Positions 8,823 through 18,107 of a stretch of DNA of 64,000 nt are shown here, one piece after another; within the stretch, counting starts at the first letter, position 1; every line of letters begins with the position of its first letter. Under the pieces are notes generated by a model, which ran no database searches, had not been told where the DNA came from, and saw nothing but the letters and a program-made list of their open reading frames with translations. Source of the DNA: Candidatus Eiseniibacteriota bacterium. GTDB lineage: Bacteria; Arandabacterota; Arandabacteria; Arandabacterales; Arandabacteraceae. Made by a program: the position numbers and the translations under genes. The stretch is taken from the NCBI GenBank assembly GCA_043808325.1, contig JAZDEY010000031.1, positions 10,997-74,996 on the forward strand, in the 5' to 3' direction.

Positions 8823-11630
8823 GTGGTGCTCTCTCATGGGATGGTTGCCACCAGTTCGAACTCCACCACTGGTTGTATTGCGTCCACGGCATCGGCATGC
8901 CTGAGGAGGCAGGGGAAATCCGAGGATGCCCTGGCCCTCCTCGAGGGGCTGATCCCTTCGTTCGAGGGCCGCGGGAGACGCGACCTACTTGCCGAGAAGG
9001 CCACGCTACTTTGTCTTGTCGGTAGGTACGGCGAGGCCGGGGATATCTGTGAGATGGTTCAGCGGGAGGAATCCGTCAGTGAGCGCTGCAAGGATGCCGG
9101 TGTGTATCTCGTCCTCGGCCACGTCCTTTCGAGGCTCTGCAAGTGGAAGCAGGCAATTGCTTGTCTGGAGCATGCGGCCACTTTCGCCAGGATGTCCGGC
9201 GATGCAAGTGCTCTGGGGAACGCTCTCAACAATCTTGGAATCGTTTACAAGAATCTGTGCAGATTTGATGACTCGGCAAGGTTACTGCGGCGGGCAGTAC
9301 GGGTAGCTCGGCGCACGCGTGACGATGCGAGTCTTTCAGTGCGGCTCCTCAATCTCGCCACAACCCTCTTTAAGCAGGGTGAGATCCAAGAGGCCGATAG
9401 CGCAGTTTCCGAATGCATCAAGATCTCGTCGCTTCTCAGTCTTAGACGGACCCAGAGTCTGGCGACGATATGCAGGGCAAGGATTGAGAAGGTGCGGGGC
9501 AGGCTTGGGGAGGCGGTTAGCCTGCTCAAGCGGGTGATAGCTGAAGCCCAGTCGCTTGACGAGCCGAGAGTGGGGCTCCTGGCAGAGGAAACCCTGGGGG
9601 AAGTTCTCTGCGAACAGGGTGACCTCTCCCAGGCTCGGCGAGTGCTTGAAGAGTGTCTCGGGAAGGTCCCCGAGCATGCCAAGGACCTAGAGGCCGAAAT
9701 CAAGTGCCGGCTTGCGGAAGTCTATCTGGCGCTGGGGACGAAAGACCGGGCACGACGCTGCGGCACCGAGGCCCTGAAAGTTGCCGAGTCCACTGGTGAT
9801 CTCTATGAGGCCGCCAGGTGTCTTCGCGTGCTGGCGGGGACCGCGGCAACCCCGGCGGACGCAGCGAAGCTGCTTTCCAAGGCCGATCATACCTTCGCCC
9901 AAATGGGAGCCAGGCTGGAGCGCGCTCTGACTCTTGAGGCAAGGGCCGCCTTGGCCGGAGTCTTTGAGTCGACCCGGGCCAAGACGGTGGAAGAGGCCAT
10001 ATCGGTGCTTGAGATCTGCTGCGCTCACGGCAGATTGACGCGCGCCCTTTGTCTGGCAGCTTCGATCTATCTGGACGAGGGGCGGGATCATGACGCCATG
10101 ATGTCGCTCAAGAAAGCCGAGGACCTGGCAGGCGAGTCCACGCTCAAGCGCGCGGTCTCACAGGTGCGCGTGAAGCTCGACCGGCGCCTGTCAGAGAAAC
10201 TGGTGTGGCCTGCGGAGGCAGGCCTGGCTACCGCGCAAGAGGCCTTCGCTTTTCTGCGCACGAGGCTGGGTGCGACCGGCTTGATCCTGGGAAAACCGAG
10301 TGAGGATGGACCTCCCGAAGTGGTCACCGCCCTGGGGATAGATCCGGAGACCGCCGTCGGGTTGCTCAAAGCTGTCTCCGCGCGTGGTCCGGGTCCGGTG
10401 GTCTCGACCAACGTGACCGATCTGGCCCCCACTCTTGGGGCTCGCCCCGCCTTAAGGTCGCTCCTGGGCGTCAGCCTCGGCGCCGGCGCCTCAGATGCCC
10501 TCTGCTTGACATGCTGGCCGTCGGGCGGCAAACTGGGCCTTCATTCGGAAATCTCGTATCTCGTCGAGGCATATTATGAGATCCTCCGGCTCGCGCCTGT
10601 TCTTGAGCGAGCCATGTTGCCCGGTCGCGAATGCGTGGTGCCGATCTGCCTGGGTGGCATTCTGACTGCCGATCGGCGGCTGAAGGAAATCCTGTTGTCG
10701 CTTGCGAAGATCGCACGCACACGCGCCAACGTACTCGTCACCGGCGAGACCGGGACCGGCAAAGAGCTGGTAGCTCGAGTCATTCATGCCCTGAGCCCAA
10801 GGAAGCGTGAGCCTTTCGTCGTGCAGAACTGCGCCGCCTTGCCTGAGAGCCTCCTGGAGAGTGAGCTCTTTGGATACCGTCAGGGAGCTTTTACCGATGC
10901 CCGGACCGAAAAGCGTGGTCTCTTGGAGACCGCGAGCGGGGGTACCTTCTTTCTCGATGAGATCGGAGACATCTCTGCGTCGACACAGGCCAAGATGCTC
11001 AGGGCGATCGAGAGTGGAGAGATCAGGCGGCTCGGGGACACAGTGGCTCGTCCCGTAGATGTTCGTTTCATAAGTGCCACCAACAAGCAACTCGAGCAGG
11101 AGGTGGAGCGGGGGCAGTTCCGCCGCGACCTCTACTACAGACTGAATGTTGTCGCGCTCGCACTTCCACCCTTGAGGGACCGAAGAGGCGACATCGCTCT
11201 TCTGGCCAGGCTTTTCCTCAAACGCCTGGAAGGGCGGGGACGTAAGTGCTCCCTTCGGATTGATCCCGGGGCCATGCGCGCTCTCGCCAATTACACCTGG
11301 CCCGGCAACGTGAGGCAGCTTGAGAATGAGATCCAGCGGGCGGTCGCCATCCTTGGCTCCGATGATGTCGTCGGCGTGGGCTCACTCTCCCCATCGGTCA
11401 CCGGGCACGGGATCGGCGGCCAGGTGACCACCCTGAAGGATGAGGTTCGCCTTGTCGAGCGGTCGCGGATTCTTAGCGTGCTTGAGAGGTGTGCTTGGAA
11501 CAAGACCCATGCCGCCAAGATGCTCGGCGACCTCAGCCGTCCGGCCCTGATCGGCAAGATGAAGCGGCTTGGGATCCCGCTTGCCAGGCCTGACGCTCAG
11601 GGGCAGCGGCTCTCGCCTCTCGGCGGCTAG
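8823..11630 (+). CDS. Sigma-54-dependent transcriptional activator (bacterial enhancer-binding protein) with a long N-terminal TPR-like sensory region and a C-terminal Fis-type HTH.
   Basis: AAA+ sigma54-interaction domain: Walker A 'VTGETGTGKELVARVIH', 'GYRQGAFTDA' (GAFTGA variant), 'GTFFLDEIGD', 'RRDLYYRLNV', 'WPGNVRQLENEI'. C-terminal HTH 'HAAKMLGDLSRPALIGKMKRLGI'. Exact start uncertain (8823 or downstream). Confidence 0.85.
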   Translation: MVLSHGMVATSSNSTTGCIASTASACLRRQGKSEDALALLEGLIPSFEGRGRRDLLAEKATLLCLVGRYGEAGDICEMVQREESVSERCKDAGVYLVLGHVLSRLCKWKQAIACLEHAATFARMSGDASALGNALNNLGIVYKNLCRFDDSARLLRRAVRVARRTRDDASLSVRLLNLATTLFKQGEIQEADSAVSECIKISSLLSLRRTQSLATICRARIEKVRGRLGEAVSLLKRVIAEAQSLDEPRVGLLAEETLGEVLCEQGDLSQARRVLEECLGKVPEHAKDLEAEIKCRLAEVYLALGTKDRARRCGTEALKVAESTGDLYEAARCLRVLAGTAATPADAAKLLSKADHTFAQMGARLERALTLEARAALAGVFESTRAKTVEEAISVLEICCAHGRLTRALCLAASIYLDEGRDHDAMMSLKKAEDLAGESTLKRAVSQVRVKLDRRLSEKLVWPAEAGLATAQEAFAFLRTRLGATGLILGKPSEDGPPEVVTALGIDPETAVGLLKAVSARGPGPVVSTNVTDLAPTLGARPALRSLLGVSLGAGASDALCLTCWPSGGKLGLHSEISYLVEAYYEILRLAPVLERAMLPGRECVVPICLGGILTADRRLKEILLSLAKIARTRANVLVTGETGTGKELVARVIHALSPRKREPFVVQNCAALPESLLESELFGYRQGAFTDARTEKRGLLETASGGTFFLDEIGDISASTQAKMLRAIESGEIRRLGDTVARPVDVRFISATNKQLEQEVERGQFRRDLYYRLNVVALALPPLRDRRGDIALLARLFLKRLEGRGRKCSLRIDPGAMRALANYTWPGNVRQLENEIQRAVAILGSDDVVGVGSLSPSVTGHGIGGQVTTLKDEVRLVERSRILSVLERCAWNKTHAAKMLGDLSRPALIGKMKRLGIPLARPDAQGQRLSPLGG

Positions 11631-11729
11631 CCGCAAGATAGCGGGAGCACACTCGGCACGGAGACAGGGCGCACCAGCCGGGGGATGTTTCGCTTGACTT
11701 GCGCGTGTGAGCGACCATAGACTCAGGGC

Positions 11730-13034
11730 GTGAGCCCGGGAGAGAACGCGACACACACTAAGCCATTCGTTTTCAGGTATGGAAGGGGGGAGATCTCTCT
11801 TCGCCTGGACGGCGAGTGGCCGGTGAAGGTCGTGTCTCCTCGAGTGCCGGGGAGCGAGCCGGACCTTCCATCCCTGGTGCTCGACTCCCTCCAACGACCC
11901 ATTGCTACGCCGCCGCTGGCGACCCTTGCCGGGGATGCAAGAAGCGTCGTCATTTCAATCCCCGATGGCACGCGGCCGCCTGTTGCACGCACGATCCTGC
12001 CCCCGGTGATCGAGGAATTGCTGCGGGCCGGAGTGGACCTCGCAAAGATCAAGATCTTCATTGCCGCCGGTGTTCATGCCGGCACAACGCCCGAGGACCG
12101 TCGCCGCTTGGTGGGCGACGGCGTCTCACCGGCGATTGAGATCGTCGAGAACGATTGCCGCAAGGCCGCCGGTTTTGTGCCGGTGGGAAGGACACGGCGA
12201 GGCACACCCGTTGTGGTCAACCGCCTTGTCCGCGAGGCGGACCTCAATGTCGTAATCGCGCCCCTGGCTCTCCACTATTTCGCCGGCATGGGTGGCGGCA
12301 GGAAAATGATCGTGCCGGGCGCCTGCAATGCCGAGACCGCTCGCGCCAATCACCGCCTGACCTTGAGCGATCGTGGCGAGATTCACCCGATGTGCCGGAG
12401 CGGCGTGCTTGAGGATAACCCCGTGCATGAGGACATGGTCGAGGGGATGAGTTTCCTCAATAACATCTTCTTGATCAACGTGATTCTGGATGGCTGGGCC
12501 CGCCCCTGCGACATCGTCTCGGGCGATGCGGTCAAGTCCTACCTTGAAGCGGCTACCCGCGCCCGGGGCCTGCTTGAGGTCCCTGTGGGCCCGAGGTGTG
12601 ATCTGGCCGTTGCGGGCGCCGGAGGGCATCCCTTTGATACCAACGTGATCCAGGCCCACAAGTCGATCGATCACGCCGCCGCAAGCGTGAGGGACGGAGG
12701 GGTGGTGGTCGTGGCTGCGGAGTGCGCTGCCGGCATAGGTTCCGATACTTTCCTGCCGTGGTTCGGCCTGGGTGACGCGCGGGCTGTCTCCCGTAGGCTC
12801 CTTGCTCAGTATGAGCTCAACGGTCACACCGCGCTTGCTCTAATGCAGAAGCTGGAGCGATTGAAGATAATACTGGTCTCATCACTCGATCGATCTTTGG
12901 TCGAACGGATGGGAATGATCCTCGCACGAAGCCTCGATGAGGCTGTATCGCTTGCAGGGGCCTACGTGGGGAAGAAGCCGTTGACTTACATTCTCCCGAT
13001 GGCATGGGGCATCTTACCGGTGGCCGAGGGGTAA
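11730..13034 (+). CDS. LarA-like (DUF2088) nickel-pincer-cofactor-dependent racemase/epimerase family protein
   Basis: Size (~430 aa) and N-terminal architecture ('FRYGRGEISLRLDGEWPVKVVSP...ISIPDGTRP') resemble the lactate racemase LarA family. No larBCE in the window. GTG start. Confidence 0.45.
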   Translation: MSPGENATHTKPFVFRYGRGEISLRLDGEWPVKVVSPRVPGSEPDLPSLVLDSLQRPIATPPLATLAGDARSVVISIPDGTRPPVARTILPPVIEELLRAGVDLAKIKIFIAAGVHAGTTPEDRRRLVGDGVSPAIEIVENDCRKAAGFVPVGRTRRGTPVVVNRLVREADLNVVIAPLALHYFAGMGGGRKMIVPGACNAETARANHRLTLSDRGEIHPMCRSGVLEDNPVHEDMVEGMSFLNNIFLINVILDGWARPCDIVSGDAVKSYLEAATRARGLLEVPVGPRCDLAVAGAGGHPFDTNVIQAHKSIDHAAASVRDGGVVVVAAECAAGIGSDTFLPWFGLGDARAVSRRLLAQYELNGHTALALMQKLERLKIILVSSLDRSLVERMGMILARSLDEAVSLAGAYVGKKPLTYILPMAWGILPVAEG

Positions 13035-13036
13035 GC

Positions 13037-13594
13037 ATGGTGGCTCGACACCTCCGTCATGAACTGAGGAATGCCAGGGTGGTTTTGGCGCGGCTGGCTC
13101 CGTGGGCCTACGGGCAGTTGATTGCCCTTGCCGCGCTTCTGATTGTGGCGGGCTGCGCCGGCATGACGCCGGCACCGATCTTCACTGCACGAGAAGTACC
13201 GGTCGCAACCAGCCTCCCCGAGGTCGCCCGGGAGGACCTCTTGAATGAACTGAGCATGTATCATGGGGTGCCCTACCGCGAGGGTGGGGACTCCATGAAG
13301 GGCACCGACTGCTCCGGGCTTGTGATGCAGGTCTTCGGTCCCCTCGGCGTAAAGCTGCCGAGGACCGTTGCCCTACAATTTGAATCGGGCGTTTCGGTAG
13401 GAAGGCGGGATGTGAAGACCGGGGATCTGGTTTTTTTCGGTGGCGGTCGCATCCCCGATCATGTCGGGGTGGCCGTATCGAGCGACGAGATGGTCCATGC
13501 CTCATCCTCCAAGGGTGTGGTCCTGGAGAAGATCGATTCGTTCGCCGAGTCGGCCGAATTCCACGGCGCGAGAAGGGTCGTGAACCTGCGATAA
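13037..13594 (+). CDS. NlpC/P60 (C40) family cell-wall peptidase lipoprotein
   Basis: Lipobox 'LLIVAGCAG'. Catalytic Cys context 'GTDCSGLVMQVF' and downstream His ('IPDHVGVAV') are typical of NlpC/P60. Confidence 0.8.
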   Translation: MVARHLRHELRNARVVLARLAPWAYGQLIALAALLIVAGCAGMTPAPIFTAREVPVATSLPEVAREDLLNELSMYHGVPYREGGDSMKGTDCSGLVMQVFGPLGVKLPRTVALQFESGVSVGRRDVKTGDLVFFGGGRIPDHVGVAVSSDEMVHASSSKGVVLEKIDSFAESAEFHGARRVVNLR

Positions 13595-13633
13595 GAGGCA
13601 CGCGTCGGAAGTGCGGGAACAAGGAGTGCGAGC

Positions 13634-14935
13634 GTGAAGATTGCGATCATCGGTTCGGGCGGCAGAGAGCACGCCCTCGGCTGGAAGCTCGCGGGCGAGG
13701 AAGCTACCAACGAGATCACATTCTTGCCCGGCAACGGGGGGACCGCTGAGATCGGCACCAACGTCGAGATCGGTGCGACCGACGTCAAGGCGCTGACGGA
13801 CTTCGCAGTACGGGCGCGCCCCGATCTCATAATCGTAGGCCCCGAGGATCCGCTCGCCCTCGGGCTTGTGGATCGTCTTGCCGACCACGGCCTCACGGTC
13901 TTCGGGCCCACCCAGGCGTGCGCCAAGATCGAGACCAGCAAGATCTTCGCCAAGCAGCTGATGTCCAAGTTCGGAGTGCCGACGGCGCCCTACAAGGTCT
14001 TCACCTCCGAGGCGCGGGCGCACGCCTGGATCGAACGCGCCACAAAGCAGCTTGTGGTAAAGGCCGACGGACTCGCGAAGGGCAAGGGCGCGATCGTTAC
14101 CAAGGAGAGGGCCGACGCCCACAGAGCTGTGGAGATGATGCTGGCGGAAAAGGTCTTCGGGCCGGCCGGTGAGGCCATCTTGATTGAGGAACGCCTCACG
14201 GGCGAGGAAGTCTCGGTGCTCGCCATAACCGACGGCCACAGGTATGCGCTGTTGCCCCCTTCACAGGATCATAAGCCCATTTTTGACAAAGACCGGGGAC
14301 CCAACACCGGTGGGATGGGTGCATATTGTCCTGCTCCCCTGGTTGATCGTGATACCCTCGGTCGCATCGAGGACGTGATCATTAAGCGATTCCTGAAAGG
14401 CCTCGCCAAGCAAGGTCTCGCGTACCGAGGGGTCCTCTATGCTGGGCTGATGCTCAATGAGGACGGCGTCTATGTGATCGAGTTCAACGCGCGTTTCGGT
14501 GATCCCGAGACGCAATCGATCCTGCCGGCCATTGATGCCGACCTGGGCGGTCTCCTGGCGGATGCAGCTGCCGGGAATCTCAAGAAGACCCAAAGGATCA
14601 AGCCGTCGAGGTGGGCGGTCTGCGCGATCGCGGCATCGGGGGGTTATCCCGACGCTTACGAAACCGGCAAAGTGATCACGGGCATTGCCGAGGCGGCTCG
14701 GCCCGGCGAGGTGATCGTATTTCACGCCGGGACCAAGCGTCTCCCCGACGGGCGCCTGGTGACCTCGGGAGGTCGGGTGCTTGGAATTACAGGGGTGGGC
14801 ACGACGCTTCGTCAGGCGCGGCGAAGGGCCTATGAAGCAAGCCATATCGTGCGATTTGCAGGCATGCATACGCGCACCGACATCGGGCTCAAGGGCCTGA
14901 GAAGACTTCACAAGGCGGGGGTGATCCAAAGTTGA
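13634..14935 (+). CDS. purD: Phosphoribosylamine--glycine ligase (GAR synthetase)
   Basis: 'MKIAIIGSGGREHALGWKL' N-terminus, ATP-grasp core, ~430 aa. GTG start with AAGGAG 8 nt upstream. Confidence 0.95.
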   Translation: MKIAIIGSGGREHALGWKLAGEEATNEITFLPGNGGTAEIGTNVEIGATDVKALTDFAVRARPDLIIVGPEDPLALGLVDRLADHGLTVFGPTQACAKIETSKIFAKQLMSKFGVPTAPYKVFTSEARAHAWIERATKQLVVKADGLAKGKGAIVTKERADAHRAVEMMLAEKVFGPAGEAILIEERLTGEEVSVLAITDGHRYALLPPSQDHKPIFDKDRGPNTGGMGAYCPAPLVDRDTLGRIEDVIIKRFLKGLAKQGLAYRGVLYAGLMLNEDGVYVIEFNARFGDPETQSILPAIDADLGGLLADAAAGNLKKTQRIKPSRWAVCAIAASGGYPDAYETGKVITGIAEAARPGEVIVFHAGTKRLPDGRLVTSGGRVLGITGVGTTLRQARRRAYEASHIVRFAGMHTRTDIGLKGLRRLHKAGVIQS

Positions 14936-15393
14936 GCAGACCTGAGGTTGCAGTCTTGATGGGTAGCCAGTCTGACATGCCCGTTATGGAACGGGCCACC
15001 AAGATGCTTGACTACTTCGGGATTGGCTACAGAACCTTTGTGCTCTCGGCACATCGGAGCCCAAAGAAGACGCGTGAGTTCGCCCACACGGCGCGCAGGC
15101 AGGGTATCAAAGTCATAATCGCGGGCGCCGGCATGGCGGCTCACCTGCCGGGTGTCCTGGCGTCGGAGACGACCCTGCCGGTGATCGGGGTTCCGCTTGC
15201 GCGATCCGCGCTCGGTGGACTCGATTCGCTCCATTCGATAGTGCAGATGCCTTCGGGGGTGCCGGTCGCAACGATGGCAATCGGTGAGGCCGGGGCCGCC
15301 AATGCAGCGATTCTTGCCGCCGAGATTCTTGCGCTGTCCGATCGGCGCCTCGAGAAGAAGCTCCGTGCCTACAAGCGAACCCTCGCTCGTTAG
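14932..15393 (+). CDS. purE: N5-carboxyaminoimidazole ribonucleotide mutase
   Basis: 'VAVLMGSQSDMPVME...SAHRSPKKTREFA...KVIIAGAGMAAHLPGVLASETTLPVIGVP' is the canonical PurE pattern. TTG start overlaps the purD stop. Confidence 0.95.
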   Translation: MSRPEVAVLMGSQSDMPVMERATKMLDYFGIGYRTFVLSAHRSPKKTREFAHTARRQGIKVIIAGAGMAAHLPGVLASETTLPVIGVPLARSALGGLDSLHSIVQMPSGVPVATMAIGEAGAANAAILAAEILALSDRRLEKKLRAYKRTLAR

Positions 15394-15483
15394 CCGGTGT
15401 CCGCGCTCCGGCTTGGGGTGGTATGCTCGCAGGGAGAGGCTTAAGTTGCGTCGCGTTGCTTTGAGACTGCGGGGTCGAAGCCT

Positions 15484-16110
15484 GTGAAGGCAAAGCTCTT
15501 GAAGGTCACGCGCGAGCTCCCGGAGTGGAAAGCCATAGATGCTGCAGCCCAGGCCTTGACGCGCGGGGGCATCGTGGCATTTCCGACGGATACCACTTAC
15601 GGGCTCGCAGCAAGCATATACTGCGGGCCGGCGATCGAGCGCTTGCGTCGCATCAAGGGGAGAGCGCTTCGCGAACCCTTTGTGGTGCTCGCTGCAGATA
15701 CCGACTGGGTCGCCGAGCTTGCTTCCGGTATGACTGCCAGGCACGCGAGACTGATGGAGGCTTTCTGGCCGGGGCCGCTGACCATAGTCTTCAAAGCATC
15801 GGGGGCCGTTCCTCAGTATCTTAGGTGTCGCCAGGGGACGATCGCTCTTCGGGTTCCCGACGATACGCTGACCCAAGCGATTCTGAGGGCGTCCGGCGTC
15901 CCGCTGGCCGCACCCAGCGCAAATCCAAGAGGGAAGGCCCCGGCTGCTTCTGCCCGCGAAGTTATCGGTTATTTCTCGGAGGAGATCGATCTGGTCCTGG
16001 ACGGCGGGACAAGCGAGAACGTTGTGCCTTCAACGATCGTTGCCGTCGGCGGGCGCGGGGTTCGAGTCTTGCGGCAGGGAAGGCTCTCTATCGGGAGGGC
16101 GCATCCTTGA
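15484..16110 (+). CDS. tsaC: L-threonylcarbamoyladenylate synthase (YrdC/TsaC/Sua5 family)
   Basis: 'GGIVAFPTDTTYGLAA', 'PLTIVF', 'IALRVPDDTLTQAIL', 'PLAAPSANPRG' are YrdC-domain signatures. Confidence 0.85.
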   Translation: MKAKLLKVTRELPEWKAIDAAAQALTRGGIVAFPTDTTYGLAASIYCGPAIERLRRIKGRALREPFVVLAADTDWVAELASGMTARHARLMEAFWPGPLTIVFKASGAVPQYLRCRQGTIALRVPDDTLTQAILRASGVPLAAPSANPRGKAPAASAREVIGYFSEEIDLVLDGGTSENVVPSTIVAVGGRGVRVLRQGRLSIGRAHP

Positions 16111-16595
16111 AGAAGGACCTCTCCATTCTCTTTGTTTGCACGGGTAATACCTGTCGGAGCCCGCTGGCCGAGACGATATTGAAGGCCGAGCTTGTACGCC
16201 GGGAGATCGGCAACGTCACCGTATCCTCTGCCGGCACAGATGCCGGTGCCGGTACCGGCGTCTCCAGATATGCCGTGGCCGCGGCCAAACGGATGGGCCT
16301 GGTGCTGCGGGGGCGGCGCGCCAGAGCGCTCACGCGGGGCCGTACGGTGTCGGCCGATTTGATACTTACCATGACTGAGGCGCAGCGACAGACGGTGACC
16401 GATCTCTGGCCGGAGGCCGCAGGGAGAACCTTCGTGATCTCCGAGTTTTCAGGCACCCACCGCGGAGACGTCAGAGACCCCGTGGGCGGCTCGGAACAGG
16501 TCTACCTGGACTGTGCACAAGTGCTTGCGGGTGAGGTCAGGAAGATGATGCCGCGGCTTCGCGGCATCCTAAGGCAGAGGAGGGGCCGGAAATGA
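16107..16595 (+). CDS. Low-molecular-weight protein-tyrosine phosphatase (arsenate-reductase fold)
   Basis: P-loop 'ILFVCTGNTCRSPLAE' (CX5R) right after the proposed TTG start, which overlaps the tsaC stop (TTGA). The ORF-track ORF 15825..16595 contains a long unlikely N-terminal extension. Confidence 0.8.
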   Translation: MKKDLSILFVCTGNTCRSPLAETILKAELVRREIGNVTVSSAGTDAGAGTGVSRYAVAAAKRMGLVLRGRRARALTRGRTVSADLILTMTEAQRQTVTDLWPEAAGRTFVISEFSGTHRGDVRDPVGGSEQVYLDCAQVLAGEVRKMMPRLRGILRQRRGRK

Positions 16596-17041
16596 GAATC
16601 GCGTTGGGAAGCGACCACGCGGGGTTCGATCTCAAGGAGCGGATAAGACAACACCTGGAGACGAGGGCAATCGAAGTCAAGGACTTCGGCACCACCGGCA
16701 GGGAGTCCGTGGATTATCCCGACTTCGCTTTTGCCGTCGCCGAGGCGGTGGCATCCGGGGAGTACGATTACGGCATGATGGTTTGCTCGACCGGGATCGG
16801 AATGAGCATCGCCGCAAACAAAGTGAAGGGCATACGCGCGGCGTTGGTGTACAATGTCGACGTGGCAGCTCAGAGCCGCGCCCACCTCGACAGCAACATC
16901 CTGGTGTTAGGTCAGAAATACATGACTCCGGAGGAGGCAATCGCGGCTGTCGCAAGCTGGCTTGCCACTCCGTTTGAAGGCGGGAGACATGAAAGAAGGC
17001 TCCAGAAAATCGTCGCCTATGAAGCGAAAGCCGCGAGGTGA
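16592..17041 (+). CDS. rpiB: Ribose-5-phosphate isomerase B
   Basis: '[16 protein letters not shown]...[25 protein letters not shown]' is the RpiB/LacAB family. ATGA overlap with the upstream stop. Confidence 0.9.
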   Translation: MRIALGSDHAGFDLKERIRQHLETRAIEVKDFGTTGRESVDYPDFAFAVAEAVASGEYDYGMMVCSTGIGMSIAANKVKGIRAALVYNVDVAAQSRAHLDSNILVLGQKYMTPEEAIAAVASWLATPFEGGRHERRLQKIVAYEAKAAR

Positions 17042-17480
17042 GCGTCCCGGCTGGGACGAGTACTTCATCTCGATCGCGACGCTGATCGCGGGCAGATCGA
17101 CCTGTCTTCGGCGGCACGTCGGTGCAGTGGTCGTGAAGGACAAGCGCGTCCTCGCCACCGGATATAACGGTGCTCCGCGAGGCTTCGCGCACTGCAGCGA
17201 AGTTGGGTGCATCCGGCAGGTGCGCGAAGTGCCTCCGGGTGAGCGGCACGAGCTGTGCCGCGGCATACATGCCGAACAGAATGCGATCGTGCAGGCCGCA
17301 GCTTTCGGTGTGAGCATCGCCGGTGCGGCGCTCTATTGCACCCATTTTCCTTGCGTGCTGTGCACCAAGTTGATCATCAACGCCGGGCTGACGCGTCTGG
17401 TCGCGGCGGGGACCTATCCCGATAGCCTCTCGAGGGCCATGCTTGAGGAGGCCTCGATCGAAATCGTGATAGTGGATTGA
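17019..17480 (+). CDS. dCMP deaminase (CMP/dCMP deaminase zinc-binding family, ComEB-like)
   Basis: '[18 protein letters not shown]', 'HAEQNAI', '[14 protein letters not shown]' zinc-binding motifs. Start at ATG 17019 (overlapping rpiB) or earlier in-frame ATG 16989. Confidence 0.85.
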   Translation: MKRKPRGERPGWDEYFISIATLIAGRSTCLRRHVGAVVVKDKRVLATGYNGAPRGFAHCSEVGCIRQVREVPPGERHELCRGIHAEQNAIVQAAAFGVSIAGAALYCTHFPCVLCTKLIINAGLTRLVAAGTYPDSLSRAMLEEASIEIVIVD

Positions 17481-17572
17481 AGAGATTTTGAGAAATATTG
17501 AGATTCGTTACCATCGGCTTACCCCCTTGCCTGTAGTTAAGTTCCGCCGCCCAGAACGACCCCAAAAAGAAC

Positions 17573-17625
17573 TTGACAACCCAATATCTTGGGTCTACCT
17601 TGTGCGCAGGCCCAATATATTGGAG
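17573..17625 (+). promoter_or_regulatory. Candidate nrd promoter. -35 TTGACA (17573-17578) followed by two tandem NrdR-box-like palindromes: box1 17579-17594 'acccaatatcttgggt', box2 17610-17625 'gcccaatatattggag'. Box centres are 31 bp apart.
   Basis: Core 'ccaatatattgg' is a perfect 12-bp palindrome. Box1 is a near-palindrome of the same word. The 31-bp centre-to-centre spacing (3 helical turns) and position directly upstream of nrdR/nrdD match the known NrdR operator arrangement. Confidence 0.6.
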
Positions 17626-17633
17626 TGTTGTCG

Positions 17634-18107
17634 GTGAGATGTCCGGCTTGTGCATATGAGGAAGACAAGGTCATAGACTCCCGATCCACCAAGGATGGGA
17701 CTGTCACCCGCCGCAGGAGGGAGTGCCTCAAGTGCGGGCACAGATACACCACTTATGAATACATCGAGCCGGCGCAGCTGGCCGTTGTGAAGAAGGATGG
17801 AAGGCGAGAGGATTTCGAGCGTAGGAAGGTTCTTGAAGGCATCATCAAAGCCTGTGAGAAGCGGCCGATTCCCAGACAGAGAATAGAAGAGGTGACCGAC
17901 TCGATCGTCTCCGAGATTCAGAACGAGTTCAGAACGGAGATTCCCTCGAGCGAGATCGGCGAGCGGGTGATGAAGCACCTGAGAGAACTGGACGACGTCG
18001 CCTACGTCAGGTTCGCATCGGTCTACCGGCACTTCGAAGACATAACCGAGTTCATGCAGGAACTGAGAACCCTAATCAGAGAAGCGAAAGCTGAGAAGTT
18101 AGGGTGA
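17634..18107 (+). CDS. nrdR: Transcriptional repressor NrdR (zinc ribbon + ATP cone)
   Basis: '(V)RCPACAYEEDKVIDSRSTKDGTVTRRRRECLKCGHRYTTYEYIE' is the canonical NrdR N-terminus. GTG start with GGAG 8 nt upstream. Confidence 0.95.
   Translation: MRCPACAYEEDKVIDSRSTKDGTVTRRRRECLKCGHRYTTYEYIEPAQLAVVKKDGRREDFERRKVLEGIIKACEKRPIPRQRIEEVTDSIVSEIQNEFRTEIPSSEIGERVMKHLRELDDVAYVRFASVYRHFEDITEFMQELRTLIREAKAEKLG

Noticed and set aside
8823-8870. tRNA 3'-end-like fragment ('ccagTTCGAACTcc...acca') that could mark an integrase att site
   Set aside because: The stem/loop geometry does not fit a T-arm: 5-bp stem with a 12-nt loop, and no valid G53-C61 pairing. It is better described as a simple palindrome.
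11631-11729. Sigma54 (-24/-12) promoter downstream of the sigma54 activator gene, in front of the LarA-like gene
   Set aside because: 'cGGCACGgagacagGGCGca' has a GG...GC pair, but the spacing is 2 nt too long and there is no TTGC -12 element. Not convincing without a PWM scan.
15825-16106. Long N-terminal extension of the LMW-PTP ORF (15825..16106) overlapping tsaC
   Set aside because: Translation is Arg/Gly/Ser-rich low complexity in the alternate frame of tsaC. The conserved PTP fold begins at the TTG at 16107 (CX5R P-loop at residues 8-15).
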